Assembly: GCF_036321535.1 (NCBI RefSeq)
Contig: NC_087437.1
Coordinates: forward strand, 64,358,001-64,422,000
Length of the DNA stretch: 64,000 nucleotides
Source: Camelus dromedarius
Taxonomy: Eukaryota
Reading direction: 5' to 3'
A program made the position numbers and the translations under genes. The notes under the pieces are model-generated. The model saw nothing but the letters and a program-made list of their open reading frames with translations. It did not search any database and was not told where the DNA came from. Below are positions 51,292 through 64,000 of this stretch, in pieces (the first letter of the stretch is position 1; each line of letters starts with the position of its first letter).

Positions 51292-53252
51292 TGTAGTAGA
51301 GACAATTAACTATCCCCCAGTGTCCATTCTATTTTCCTTTTAGTTACAGAGCACCCCAGGTTTTTGCTGGGGTAAGCCATAGTCTGCATTTCCAAGTTCC
51401 CCTTGCAGTGAAGTGGGGTCTTGTTACTAAGTCTGGGCCAACGTGATCAGAGTGGGAGGATTTCAAGGTCACCTCCATGAGGACAAAATGCTCCCCCTGG
51501 TCTCCCTCTCCCTCGTCCTGTGGGATGAAATCTGACTACAGTGTTGATGAATCCACTTTGGACTGTCCTGCCAAGGTCATCTCCCTAGTGGAGCAACAAG
51601 ATAGAGGAAACTTAGGTCCCTTTGTAGAACAGAGCTGCCTAAGCCCTGGTCCAGCTGCCAACTCTGTCTAACATATAAGAAATAAATACTACCTTGTTTG
51701 AGCCATTATATTTTGAGTCTCCTCATTATAACAGCTTAACTGTTCCCTGATTGAGAAATTAGCTCCAGAATTAGGATTCTGCATTCAGAAAGACACAACA
51801 CATTTGGCACTGACTTAGTGGTTAGGCTGCAGGCTGAAAAGGCAGGCGATTTGTGAGATGCAGCAAAACCACTGTTTGAGACTACATGGAACTTGTTAGA
51901 AAAAATCAGAACATTACTCTGTTCTCTGCCCCTTGCTGCTCTGAGGATGGCATGACAAGAGAGGTAGAGACAGGCAAGGGGTAGCTGGTTTGCAAGCATA
52001 GATGGAAGAGGCAAGACTCTACTAAGAAAGTTTCTCTACCCAAGGCCTACAAAGCAAATTTAATGAGAATCCAGGAATTTGAACCCTCAGGTTTCTTCTG
52101 TATACTTAAATAGCAGGAAATAAAATGTCTTTCAGAGCCTAGCTAGCAGCAAAATCACATTAAAGGTATTATTTTCCTATCCAGGTCTAAGTTTTTTCAG
52201 ATGGCATTCAGGTGGCCACCATGAAACTGAGGGAAAAGGGATGGGCTGAGCACAAAAGCCTGTAAAGGAAAGGAGATTCAGCAGATGTTAAAACCACAGT
52301 CAGAAGTAAAAATCTCTGGGTGTGGCTACATTTAAATGAACCTACTAGATGCAAATAGAGCAGAAGCCTACTAAGTGTTTGAGAGAAATGTATCACCAAA
52401 ACCCTACAAAATGGTTCTACAAAGGTTTAAGATTGCTAGATTCTTAAAGCAAGCCTCAGATCCCCAAGTCAGTACCAGGTGGAAAGTGAAACACAAAAGC
52501 TGAGGAGCCCCAAGAATGGCCTATTCTTCAACATTCACTTTAGGTACATCCACTGAGAATAATGGACCAAAAGAAAGCCTTCCTGAGGATGAAGCCAAAA
52601 ATAACAAAGAACAATCAAAGGAGATATTCCCAGAGAGCCACAAAGACCTGACAGAAGCCAGAGATTCTGGATTTTGAGTTGGATGCAATAACTGGACAGG
52701 ACTGTGGGTTTTCTCCTTTGAGGAAGGATGAGTATGCTCTCTGTATGGGAAGAGGTGGGGAATGTGGATACATGGAGCCACCTGATGGCTGAGACTACTA
52801 ACTGTCTCCTTATATCCTTTCTCCCCTTCTTTTGTTGTAGCATCCTTGATTTTAACTGGGGGCATGGCTGCTGAGCTACATTTCCAGCCTCTTTTGCAGA
52901 TAGGTACGTGACTAAGTCTGTACCACTGGGATGTGAGTAGAACTGATATATACAACTTCCCAGTTACCACCAAAAGATGGAGTCACTTGCCCTGGATGTC
53001 CTATTTCCCCCTACTGGGGGCTAAAATGAAAGCATGGCAATGAGCCAGCTTCGACCACTTGAACAAGGATATCACGCTAGGGGATTTTAGAACAATAGAA
53101 AAGGAATTTGGGTCCCTGGAACAAAGCTGCCTAACTGCCTGAAGTAGCCCACTACGTTTATACTGTTTCTTGGGAGAAAAATAAACTTTTATTTATTGAG
53201 CTCATGCATTTTTGATCTCTTTACACAGCTTAACCTATACTTTACTAACACA
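51292..53252 (+). mobile_element. MaLR provirus remnant, MLT1J-like: LTR (~51292-51753), internal (~51754-52782), LTR (~52783-53252)
   Basis: Two similar ~460-bp direct repeats sharing CATTTCC, ACTAAGTCTG, GGTCCCT, GCTGCCTAA, AAATAAA and ACAGCTTAAC, with a MaLR-int-like spacer. Confidence 0.7.
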
Positions 53253-54879
53253 CGGACTGTCAATAAGTGCTGACTTAAATTATGAATTTAAAAAGTGAAA
53301 TCTGGAAACCAACATTTTAAAAGTATATTATGTCCATTTTCCCATTCTCTTTTGAAAAGTGCTTATATATTTTTACATTATTTTATGTTATCTATCATAT
53401 TTGCAACACATATTTTTCCTAGTTTGCATTTTAATTTTATGATTTCTTCTGAAGCATAGGGATTCAAACGTTTATGTAGTCAAACCTACAAATGTTTACT
53501 TTTGTGATTTCTTTCATTGCTTTATGCCTGGAAAAAGCAATCTCTTTAGGGATAAGATTCATTTTCCTTTACACTGTTTCATTTTAAATATACAACTCAT
53601 CAATCCACCTGGAATATATTTTAATGCATGCCATATGGTTAAATATCCACATTTTAAAAATAGGTAACCAATTTGCCCAAACACATCATAGATAAATCTA
53701 TTCAATAAAACATGATCTTTTTGACAATCCTGATTTACGTGTTTATTATTATATGTTAAATTATTATCAAGGTCTACTTCTGGCCAATCTATTTTGTTCC
53801 TATAGTGATTTTGTTGCAGATAAAATAATCTTTTACTTGTTTGGTCCTTTTGGTATTAAGGAGGAAAAAAGAATCAATGGCAAATTCTTATTCAGAAGAA
53901 AAGAATAAACAGGCATTTGCAACAGACTTTGAATATATTCTTCATAACTTTCAACTCAGTTTACTCTGAAAATCCTATCAACATTTGTGATTATGACTAC
54001 AGGAAGGAGAGAGAGGGTTATAAATCAGGGAGGGGCACTCAAGGGACTGCTGGAGTTCTAAACCAGGTGATGGGTACATGGCTGTCTCTTTTATGATTAC
54101 TTCACTAAATGTACATAAATGTTTTATGTACTTTTCTATATGTATCTATTTAAAAGTAAATTTAAAAATTCATATCATGATATTGTGGGTCCTTAGAAAA
54201 AAGTCTCAGAAATAACCATACCCCAAAGACAATCAAAGGGAAAAAAAGTATTTCTCCAAACCCTAAAGATGATTTTACATACCTATCTACTCCATTTTTC
54301 CCCCTGTTAAACGTTTATTATGAGGAGTTAATCTCCTACCAACCTTTCTAAACTGAATCTCAACTGACCATCATGCAGAAATACATTCATGAAACCTGAA
54401 CTCTGGAATTTTAAGAGTCAAACTGGGGCAAATAAAATTCTTAAATAGAAGGTAGATCTTAATCTGCTTTAAAATAAGACATTAAAATATTATGTGATTA
54501 TGCCGTAGGATGGGCAAGCACAATGCAATTTGCTTAATGCTATTTAAAGTGAGGATGCTATGTGCCTAGGGCAGTCATTGTCATACTTAAATGAGCTTAA
54601 AATTAACTAAAGGCGCTTGTTAAGACTAAATGAGTAGGACTGGAGTGGGGCCTAGGGGTCTCCATCTTTAATAAGCAGGTAGTCTGTAGACAATACTTTT
54701 AAAACACACGGATCTGAAGTCTACGTATTTTACAGAGAAGAGTCTTAGTTCTTAAATCTACCAACTGTTCATTTCTATATCAAAAGGTTTATATTTCTAT
54801 CCTGAGGAAATTTACATATAACCCTTCCTCACTTTTCCTTCTCTTACTCTCATTGTTGAAGATATGATGTGGTCATTTC

Positions 54880-56030
54880 AGTTTCTCCTAATTAGTGTTT
54901 TCAGTTCAAAAAGTGATCCATGCACATGGTAAAGATATTCCCAAGAAGAGGAAAGAGTATAAAATAAGAAGTAAATCTCCTTTCCACCCCAGACTTCTAG
55001 TTCCCCAGGCATCCTCTGCAGAAACAACCAATGGTAATGGTTTCTTTCAGAAACAGTCCTTGACAAATACTAAGTAGGAGTGTATTAAACACAATGTTAT
55101 AAACCTTGTCTTTTTATAAAACTCAATGATATCTTGGAGATATTTCCAAATCAGCATTTTCAGAACCTTTTCAGAGCTACATATCATTCCACTATATATT
55201 TCACCATAACTAGTCTTCTGCTGAAGATAGTTGGGTTGCATCCAGCCTTCTGCTATTACAAAGCAAAGCCACACATACTTGGTTGACCTTACAAACTGGT
55301 AGAGCTTTGTATGCGGGTGAATTTTCTAGAAGGACAAGTATTGGGTTAAAGGACACGTGCATTATGAATTTGATAAACACTGCCAAAATGCTCTCTGAAA
55401 AGGATACCCCAAATTACTCGCACATCAACAGTGCCTATTTTTCTCTCCACCTCAGGCAACCCAGTACATTGTCAGACTTTTTCATCCTTGCCAATAAACA
55501 GACATCTAATTGCACTTTTAATTGTCATTTCTTTAACTATGATGAGGTTGCCAAGCATCTTTTAAGATTATGTCACTTGATTTTCAATTTCTGTAATTAT
55601 TTGCTCATATCTATCACCCATTTTCCTACTGACTTGCTATTTTTCTTACTGATTTGACAGAGTTCTTTTTAACTAAGGAAATAATCCATTTGTCTTATTG
55701 TTGCAAACATTTCAGTTTTTAACTTATCTTTTGACTTTGTTTTGTAGTATATTTAATCATGCAGACACTCTATGTTTTTATGTAGTCAAAAGTATTAAGC
55801 CTTTCTTATGCTCTCTGGGATCTGTGCCTTAGTTGGAAGGCCTTCCATATTCTAAGATTATTAAAAACCAGTCTCATTTTCTAATACTTCTGTGGTTCAT
55901 TTTTCACATTTAAATCTTTGATCCAGTTGGAATTTACTTAAGTGACAGAGCAGAGATTTAAGGCTCTTCTTCATTTTTTTTTCCAGATAGTTAAGCAGTT
56001 ATAAAACCGTTCACTAAACAATTCATCTTT
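54880..56030 (-). mobile_element. Ancient L1ME-type remnant
   Basis: Reverse-strand L1 3' motifs (CTGCCAAAATGCTCT, CATTTAAATCTTTGATCCA). Boundaries approximate. Confidence 0.6.
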
Positions 56031-56254
56031 TCTGGTATGGTCATTTTAAATGTAGTATTGCGAGCTGCAAAGCATTTCACAATAGAGTATATTTCTAGAA
56101 AGTCTATGCTTACTAGAATTATCCTATTTAACTATCTAACACACATTAGTGAATGTTATTTATTGTTAGTATTAATGAAAATTATACTGAATTGAAAGAT
56201 AACACATTATGGGAATCACTGGATACACCGATGATTAGAAGCAAATATAACCCA

Positions 56255-56376
56255 GGTGGGGAGAGTGTAGCTCAGTGGTAGAGTGCATGCTTAGCATGCA
56301 CAAGGTCCTGGGTTCAAGCCCCAGTACCTCCACTAAATAAATAAACCTAATTACCTCCCCACTCTGAAAAAAAAAA
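56255..56376 (+). mobile_element. tRNA(Ala)-derived SINE, Vic-1 (camelid)-like
   Basis: A box TAGCTCAGTGG, B box GGTTCAAGCC, tRNA-Ala(AGC)-like body, then AAATAAATAAACCTAATTACCTCCCC and an A tail; degenerate TSD with core ATATAACC on both sides. Confidence 0.85.
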
Positions 56377-57699
56377 GGAGATATAACCTACTATAAGTTC
56401 ACCTTCTAGAAGTCTATAAATTGTTTACTGGATATGCCATATAGTATTTCACACTACAGAGCAATGCCATCTGTAAATTGTTTGGTATGACTTGCTTCCC
56501 AATCACAAAAGAAGAAATGCTTTATAATTCATTATTCTAAGTTCCTTATTTATTTGTGATATTAATAAGAGAAAAGTGGTAAAATAATTTTTCCTGAATT
56601 TTCATTGGTACTACGCAGATAAAAGAAATACTGATACTATGCAGACGTAGAATACCATTAGGAAGGTGGTAATAATGGTTGTGACTGAGGAAGAACTTGT
56701 CAGAAAGCTGCTATTCTCATGTCTTAAGACTTATAGAAGCTAAAATACAGGAAGTGAAGGGTGCAGAGACGCTAGTCCAGAAGGCTGAGTCAGATGCTCA
56801 AAAAGCTCCAAGTGAAACAGGGGCACAGACACACAGATTGCTCAATCCTTCTTTCAGTGCTGGCCAAATGCATATTAAAGATCTTTATCCCTTCCTGCTG
56901 AGTGTCAGATGGAGACTGAAGCTTAGAAGTGGTGATCTATTGAAGCTACTAGTCAAAAATACGTATTCCAATTGGAGCATTTTCATTTTAACAGCTGCAC
57001 ACGCATTGTTAATAGTGCTGCTCAAAAGAAATATTGTATGAACATAAAATGAAGTCTCGTTTCATGGGGATAATATCCCCACATTCCTTACAGATGAACA
57101 CACAAAGGGTGAAAATTCAATTTATGCTCTCTTTTTATGAAAGATTCAATCTCTCGGAACTCTTTACTCCTCTTTCTTCTCTTTCCTATCTTTGTTTTCA
57201 TTTCTTTATGAGCTCTATTTCTTTTTCATAGTACTTTCTCTACCAACACAGAGTTTTTACTCTTTATTATTTCTATAATTTTATGTCTGGAAAGGATATG
57301 AAGGGATATAAGACTAGAGAGAAGCAATAGAATGGATAGCCCAAAGCAGAAGAAAATCTAACAAAAATACAAGTAGGCATTTTAAAGAATGCATTGTTGA
57401 ATTTAAGCTTAAAGCTTAAGCTTTAACCTGAAATTTGTACTTAAAAACTGTAAAAAAACTTTTTTTAAAAAGCTGGATATTTGAAAAATTAAGAACATGT
57501 CAAACAATGAAAACTCATCTGTTAAAACCTCACTCAGAGGGATAGGAAACGAAGGCCAGCATTCCACAGGAACCCCGAAGATTTTGCTGTCTGCCTTTTA
57601 AAATATGAAACACTTGTACTCTAAATTTTCTGGAAAGATAACACATTTTGAAAAATTGAAAATTAACAGCATTTATTTTGAAACTGAAAGATTCTGCTC

Positions 57700-58700
57700 C
57701 AAATGAAAGTCAGCATCTTGCACCTAAAGCCCACTCCTTCCTCCTCCTGTGTCCTGTGTCTCTGTCAATGGAATCAATAATTTCGGTCTCCAGTGTGCAA
57801 CCTCAATCACATCACCTCCCATCCCTTTTTCTCCTGTTCTGCCTCACATCTGCGCTATCCTTTCCATTCCCACAACTTCCCAGGGCCAGGGAGTCATTCT
57901 GGACTCCTCACTTTCTATTATTCTTGTTATCCAATCCATTGGCAAATCCTTCAAAATGTAATCAGAATCTGACCACTTCTCACCACCACCCCTGCCACCA
58001 CTATGACTCAAGCCACCACCATCTCTCACCTGGTTTATTGTGCTGCTTCCCTTGCTGGTGTCCCTACTCCTGCCCTTGACCTCCAGCATCAGTTTATTCT
58101 GTGACCACAGTTCTACTCAGCTTAAAGCTGCCAATGGTTTCCTAGCTCAGAAAAAGCTGAAGTCTTTACAGCGTCTTAAAGGAGCTCATCGCACACACCC
58201 ACCGCCACCCATAACTGTGCTGGTCTCATTTCCTACCACTCTCCCCATGGAGTCTCTGCCTCGGCTACAGCCCTACCAGCCTCCCTGCCAGGGGTGCTCC
58301 TCCCTTCCCATCCTTTACACTTGCTGTTCTCTCTGCCTGGAATTCTTGTCCCCTACATAATGCATCATCCATCCATTTCCCCAGGCTTTACCCCCAAAAA
58401 TTATGTTCCCAGTAAGCTTTTTTTGCCCTTCCTCTCTGAAATCTCACCATCCTTCCCCTGACATTTTAAATCCTTCTTTCCAATTTTATTTTTTTTCTCC
58501 ATAACACATCCTATGTATTTAACTTATTTATCTAGTTTATTGCCAGTCTCCCCAACTGGAAAGTAAACTCCACAAAAAAGGGATTTTTCTGTTGTACTCT
58601 CTGCTATATCCCCCATGCCCAGAAGAGAGCTTGGCACAGAGAAGGAGCTCAGTGAATTTTGTTGAATAAATGAACTAATAAATGAATAAACAAATAAAAC
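57700..58700 (+). mobile_element. L2 (LINE-2) 3' remnant
   Basis: GGAGTCATTCTGGACTCCTC, CTTGCTGTTCTCTCTGCCTGGAA and GCTTGGCACAG...TTGTTGAATAAATGAA tail. Confidence 0.75.
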
Positions 58701-59120
58701 AAAAGAATGACTCCAGCTTGGGCTCTCACTGCATCTTTCCTGGTCTCCTTGCTGGCAGTCTCAACCCTCCATAATCAATCCTACAAACTTCAATTCAGTA
58801 GTTTATCTAATACAGGTCTGATCCTACTGCTGCTCAGATTAAGAGTTTAAGTGGCTCCCAACTGTCCAACGAGGAATTACAGTTCTCCAGGATGGTATCA
58901 ATACCCTTCATAATCAGGATACCCTTTTCTAAACTCATCTCTTCATATTCCATTCTTAAACCTTATTTTGTAGACCAGTGTCTCCCAAACTTGAGTGATT
59001 TATGGGAACTTTTAAAGAGGAAAATTTTTCTCAGTGGCTCTAAAGGACAAATCCAAGGAGCCCAGTTTGATAAACACTAGTTTAAGAAACTGGCATCCTA
59101 GTCAAAAAAAAATTTTTTTT

Positions 59121-59290
59121 AGATAAATAACAAGGTCCTACTGTATAGCACAGGGAAATATATACAATAGCTTATAATAACCTATAATGAAAAAGAATAT
59201 GAAAAAGAATATATATGTAATTGAATCACTATGCTGGATACCTGAAACTAAGACAACATTGTAAATCAAGTATACTTGATTTTAAAAAAG
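59121..59290 (+). mobile_element. L1 3' end fragment
   Basis: AACAAGGTCCTACTGTATAGCACAGGGAA...GAATCACTATGCTG...ACATTGTAAATCAA; reverse complement resembles 37890-38060. Confidence 0.8.
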
Positions 59291-59996
59291 TTTTAAAATT
59301 ATAGATTATTATTGGTTAAAAAATCTTTTAATTTTAAAATTTTAGTTTTTAACCAAAAGGAAAACAATATTTTAAAAAATCTTCATATACTTTGTACCCC
59401 CTGAGAACAAATCCATGGACCCCAGTTGCAGAAATGCTGCTGTACAGAAACCAAACTACCGACCTATCCCAAAGGAGGCCTATGCTTCCCTGCCTCTGTG
59501 CCTTTGTTCCTGCTGTTCCTCTACCCTGGAGCAACTTCTCCTACCTATAGCTATCAAAACCTTATTTATCCTTCAATGCCTAGTTTAACTGTTACCTTCG
59601 TCATGAACCCTTCCTTCTGACAACCTCAGCCAAAACTACTCTCAGTCTCTAGGGGTAATTTTATAAATCTTTGATGGCATTAACTACATTATTCTTCTTT
59701 ATGTTATACTATATTTTCCCATGATTATTATAGCTCCTGGATAGCATAAAGATTAACTTGTTCTCTTTTTATTTATACAACAACTAGTATAGTGTCTTCC
59801 ATATGACAACTAATAAATGTCCATTGATTTAATCATCATGTCAGGAGAGGGACAAAAAGCTACTATAAATATGACCCTCTTTGATGATCTTAAAAATGGA
59901 ACTGTTTACTAAAAGCTTATAACCAACATATATTGTACACTCATAACAAAAAAGAAAAATGTGGAGAAAAAATTTAAAGTGACTTATAGGATTTAC

Positions 59997-60090
59997 CTTC
60001 TTTTAAGCATTAAGTCTGATATAGGTATGCATCTTAGACCAGTCCCCAAAACCATCAGGAAGGACGTCAGAAGCACAGTTATCCGAAGAC
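59997..60090 (-). CDS. SLC49A4: SLC49A4/DIRC2 coding exon 2 (94 bp): (G)[30 protein letters not shown](R)
   Basis: Manual translation matches remembered DIRC2 sequence; acceptor AG at 60092-60091, donor GTAAAT from 59996; ends in phase 2, fitting exon 3. Not in the ORF track. Confidence 0.95.
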
Positions 60091-62829
60091 CTAAAGGAAA
60101 CAAAAATATATGGATTGTTTTCTATTTTCTTGTCAAGTAAGTCCAATGTTAAGAATAAAGATTTTTTTTAATTCAATCATATTGGGATTATCTTCTAGTA
60201 TATGCTTCCTCTATAACTCCCAACGTGGAAGGGAAAAAACTCTATGTGCTGAAAATGAAATGATCCTAACTTTAATAGAAAACTTGCATGAGCACATCAA
60301 GGATAGAGGAAAAAGTTCTATTAGTTCTTGATATTTAAAATGAATGATCAGAAAGCTCTATTCAGATATAACACTAAAAAATGTAGAAAATAATTTTAAA
60401 AGACAAAGTATTTTAGTTTTATATCTCAAATATAAAATTTCTAATTTTAAAATGCAAGCTGTTAATAAAAAAAAAAAAATCTAAACTGCCCCTAAAAAGT
60501 TTAAGATGGCAGATTATTGCTGTAAGTTTTCTGAAAAAAAATGACAATTGGCTGATTACTTATTTTATCCTATAATCAAGGACAAGTTTGTCATAGGGTC
60601 TTAGGAGGTGGTGCATTAGAACCCTTCAATTATTAATATAATGGTCTTTTAATTTTTCTTGATTTATCAGATGGCTTTCAACTTATAGAATGACGCTGTT
60701 TAAAAAAAAAAGTACGGCTTAGGACTTCAGAAGATAATGTGGATCAGATAGCTTTTCCCTTTGTATCCCAAATAAAATCATTTTGAAAATGTGTCGGTTA
60801 CATGGATAACAGGGCAAAAGAGGATATAAAATTAAAAAATAAGGTAACCCCAAATTAGACACAGTAACTATGGCAGAATAACGTAATGGGACTGTATCTT
60901 CCTACTGTTGGAATGCTGCACTTTTCTTACTACTAAATTAATGCTGCCTTACTGTTTGTAGCTGCCACACCACATAGGTGGCTCACACTGAGTATGTGGC
61001 AAAGGTGGCAACATTTTTTGCAATTTTTCCCAAACTCAAGACCTCCTTGAAACCATTTCACAGTGAATAGACTTAGACTGTTTAATGCAATTTTTTTTTC
61101 CAGACCTTTCTTTTTCTGGCAAAGGGGAGATGGTTAAATGTTTGGTTTTCAAAGGGCTTCTCTGCTTGAAGGAAATTGAAAGTCAACAAAACTGTAATTA
61201 TGCAGATTAAACACAGCAAGGAAAATAAACTTGAGATTCAGATCAGGCACATACACACTACACTGAGGATAATTTGTGGTATGAACTGAGTTAGCTTTAT
61301 AATATTTTTATGTGATCTGAATATGATTAATAAAATTTGGCAGAAGGAATACCACAGAAAATTGTGCTTCTCAGGAACAAGTAACGCATACATACTGCTC
61401 ATTTACCGCTTCTAATAACAGAACACAGATTTTAAAACCACATTATAGCCATAGGAAATAAAACGTAATTAATAAAAAGTACATTCATGGTCATAAATAT
61501 CCTGAACTTGGAAAATGTTGCTCTTATAAGGTTACACTGAGTGCCCTATGAGATAGTAGATAAAATTTTATAGATTTGGGACATTAAGGCTTACATTCTA
61601 CATGATGTTTATTTTTTTTCTAATATTTGGTTTGTAATCAAGGTAAACAGCCACCAAGTGAGCATTGAGGCATTGTTTATATCCCTGTGGTTCAAATAAA
61701 CACATTTCCTATTACTACTGCTGAAAGCTAGAATACTTTTCTACTCAATTATGACATTTATCAAATATATGACAATATTAACAGCTAATATAAACTTCTA
61801 AGAATAAAGAAGTTGTGAAAGCAGATTATTATAAAGCAACAGTGCAGTCACAGCTTGTAGCTTTCTTATTTTTAATTGTTGCCAAGTATTACTTAATCCA
61901 CCTCAGCTGATGCTCAGTTTTGAATAGAATGCTTTCTTGATTTCATATGAATCTTGACCTGCAGGACTCTATAGTTCCAGGTAATCAAAAAGACATCAAA
62001 TGACTTTGGAAGGAGAGGTATGAGGAACCCCCAAAAATAGGCTTATGAGACATTTAGGATCTTCATATTAAATAGATTCCAAGTGATTTACAACCAGTAC
62101 ATGAGTGCAAAAACTATCCAATGAAAAGTGTGGGAATAATTTCGGAAAACCAAACGACTGAAAATAAAAATAAATTCTACTCAAATACAGCAGCCAGACT
62201 CTGCAGGAAGCCTCCTTCCAACAGATGAGCCAACTCCTTTTGCTGGTGAACCGACTGGGGACAGGAAGAGAGCCCCCACAATAAGTACCTAAAAATCATC
62301 ATACACAGTTGATTGGAGGGGAAAACCCCACCACGCACATATCCATAGTGGATGCATGGAAATCAGTTTTATCTCGCAAAACTGTCCTTCCCAGGCCTCA
62401 CACTTCCATCAGCTGGGGTGCAGACAAGCATTTTGTTTGCTCCTGGCAAGACCACCTACCCCTATCCCCAAAAGCCACACCCTCGCCACCCCAATCTACC
62501 CTGAAGACTATGAGACTCATCATATTGTGCCTGCTTTTTCTGTTCACCTTGGTCATGAGAGACCCAAGATTCACAGGTCATCTTTATCCCAATATGGCTT
62601 CATGCATCCCATAATCTGATCTCATCCCTGCCACTTCCTCAGTTCCCCAAATCTTTCCACTGTGCCTTCTGGAGTGGTCAGAATCAGCGGAGCAGTGGAA
62701 TCCCTCTACTTTCAAGCTTTTCCCTCTTCTGTTCACCTTTTCACTCCTCTGAAACCTCTTCCCTGAGGACACTGCTTCCCCAGCCACTTCAGATCACTGT
62801 TACTCTCTCCCCCCTAAAGTGCCCAGTCT

Positions 62830-64000
62830 CTTCTCTCTCGATGCTTTTTCTCTGGTTTGAAGCAATATGATTATTGTGTGCCTTGCTGTAGTTTTATTCA
62901 CGCTGAGATTTGCTTGGTGTGCTTTTCTTCATGCTGTTTCTTTCACTGGGATTCTTGAATGTCTTAGATTTGTAGGTTTATGAATATTACCAAGTTTAGA
63001 AATTTTTCTGCCATTATTTCTTTATTCCATCTCCCCATTACCACTTCATCTCACTCCATGCCCTTTCTTTTCCCTTACCAATCTCTTCTCATTTGGGGAC
63101 TCTAGTTACATGTATATTAGAACACTTAAAACTGTCCTGCACTGATACTTGTGGGGGTTTTGTTTTTAATTTTTTTTTCTTTGTGTTTTCTTTTGGGCAG
63201 TATTTATTGCTGTATCTTCAAGTTCACTAATCTTTTCTTCTGCAATATCTAATGAGCTGTTAAATCTTACCCAGTATATCTGGGTCTTAAACACAGATAA
63301 CGTTCTCATCTCTAGAAGTTTAACACTGGTCTTTTTATGTTTTCTGTGTCTCTCCTTAATATGCTTTCTTCTGCCTTCTTAAACATATGTAATACACAGT
63401 AGCTGCTTTGATGTCCTTGTCTATTAATTCTATTCTGTGTCATTTCTTGGTCCAGTCTGATTGCTTTTCTCCTCTTTATGGGTTGTATTTTCCTGCTCCT
63501 TAGCGTGCTTGGTAATTGCTGATTTGGATGTCAGGTATTCAGAATTTTACCCCGTTGGGTGATGAATTTCTTTTTTTCACTCCTTTAAATATATTTGAAC
63601 AATGTTCTGGAATACTAAGTTACTTCTGATCTTTTCAAGGAGTAGTTTTAAGTTTTATTAGGTGGAACCATAGCAGCCTTTAGCCTAGAGCTTGTTTGTC
63701 TTTACTGCGGAAGCAATGCCCTTCCGAGTATTCAACCCAGCCTCTTATGTATTATGAGGTTCTCCATTCTGGCTATTGGGAATGTGAACTATTCCCAGTC
63801 TTGTGTGAACTCTGAGAATTGTCCTACCTGCTCCTCTTTGGTAGTCCTTTTTCCAGACTTGGGTAGTTTCCTCACGTGTAACTGGTAATGAGTGCTCAGC
63901 TGAAGACTCAAGAGGAACTCCTCGCAGATCTAAAACTTCCTCTCTGGTACTCCACCCTAAGAATTCTAGCTATGCTGTCCTCTTAGAATTCTCAACTGTC
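62830..64000 (-). mobile_element. Ancient L1 ORF1/5' region remnant
   Basis: T-rich sequence with GAAATTTTTCTGCCATTATTTCTT and TCTTCAAGTTCACTAATCTTTTCTTCTGC, typical of antisense old L1 ORF1. Confidence 0.6.

Noticed and set aside
52521..52973. 150-aa minus-strand ORF
   Set aside because: Antisense reading of MaLR internal/LTR sequence.
56258..56332. Apparent tRNA-Ala(AGC) gene
   Set aside because: Has a SINE tail, poly(A) and degenerate TSD and lacks an immediate oligo-T terminator; it is a tRNA-derived SINE.
59312..59356. Hairpin with 11-bp arms TTGGTTAAAAA / TTTTTAACCAA
   Set aside because: AT-rich and among TE debris; too short and weak to call a miRNA or structured RNA.

Overview
Mammalian genomic DNA, most likely a camelid (alpaca/llama/camel), inferred from a Vic-1-type tRNA(Ala)-derived SINE and the style of the young L1 3' ends. 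The window lies inside one gene on the minus strand: SLC49A4 (DIRC2), a lysosomal MFS-family transporter. Coding exons 2-9 were reconstructed by hand (94, 266, 130, 109, 68, 128, 183 and 116 bp; 1094 nt in total). All have GT-AG boundaries and compatible phases, ending at TAA at 1071-1073; the 3' UTR follows toward position 1. Exon 1 and the promoter lie beyond 64000. The introns are filled with L1, L2, CR1/L3, MIR, MaLR LTR and hAT-Charlie relics, and nearly all ORFs in the supplied track are spurious or L1-derived. I found no convincing new gene or biological system. The best oddities are structural: (i) ~46-51 bp direct repeats bracketing exon 8 and exon 3, one with the look of a templated insertion; (ii) a TSD-flanked L1 with an apparently chimeric 3' UTR nested in another L1; (iii) a 37-bp micro-inversion plus deletion in an old L1; (iv) poly(A)-only and micro-L1 retroinsertions with TSDs; (v) a two-LTR MLT1J-like MaLR provirus. 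Repeat family names are from memory of consensus sequences and need RepeatMasker/Dfam confirmation.
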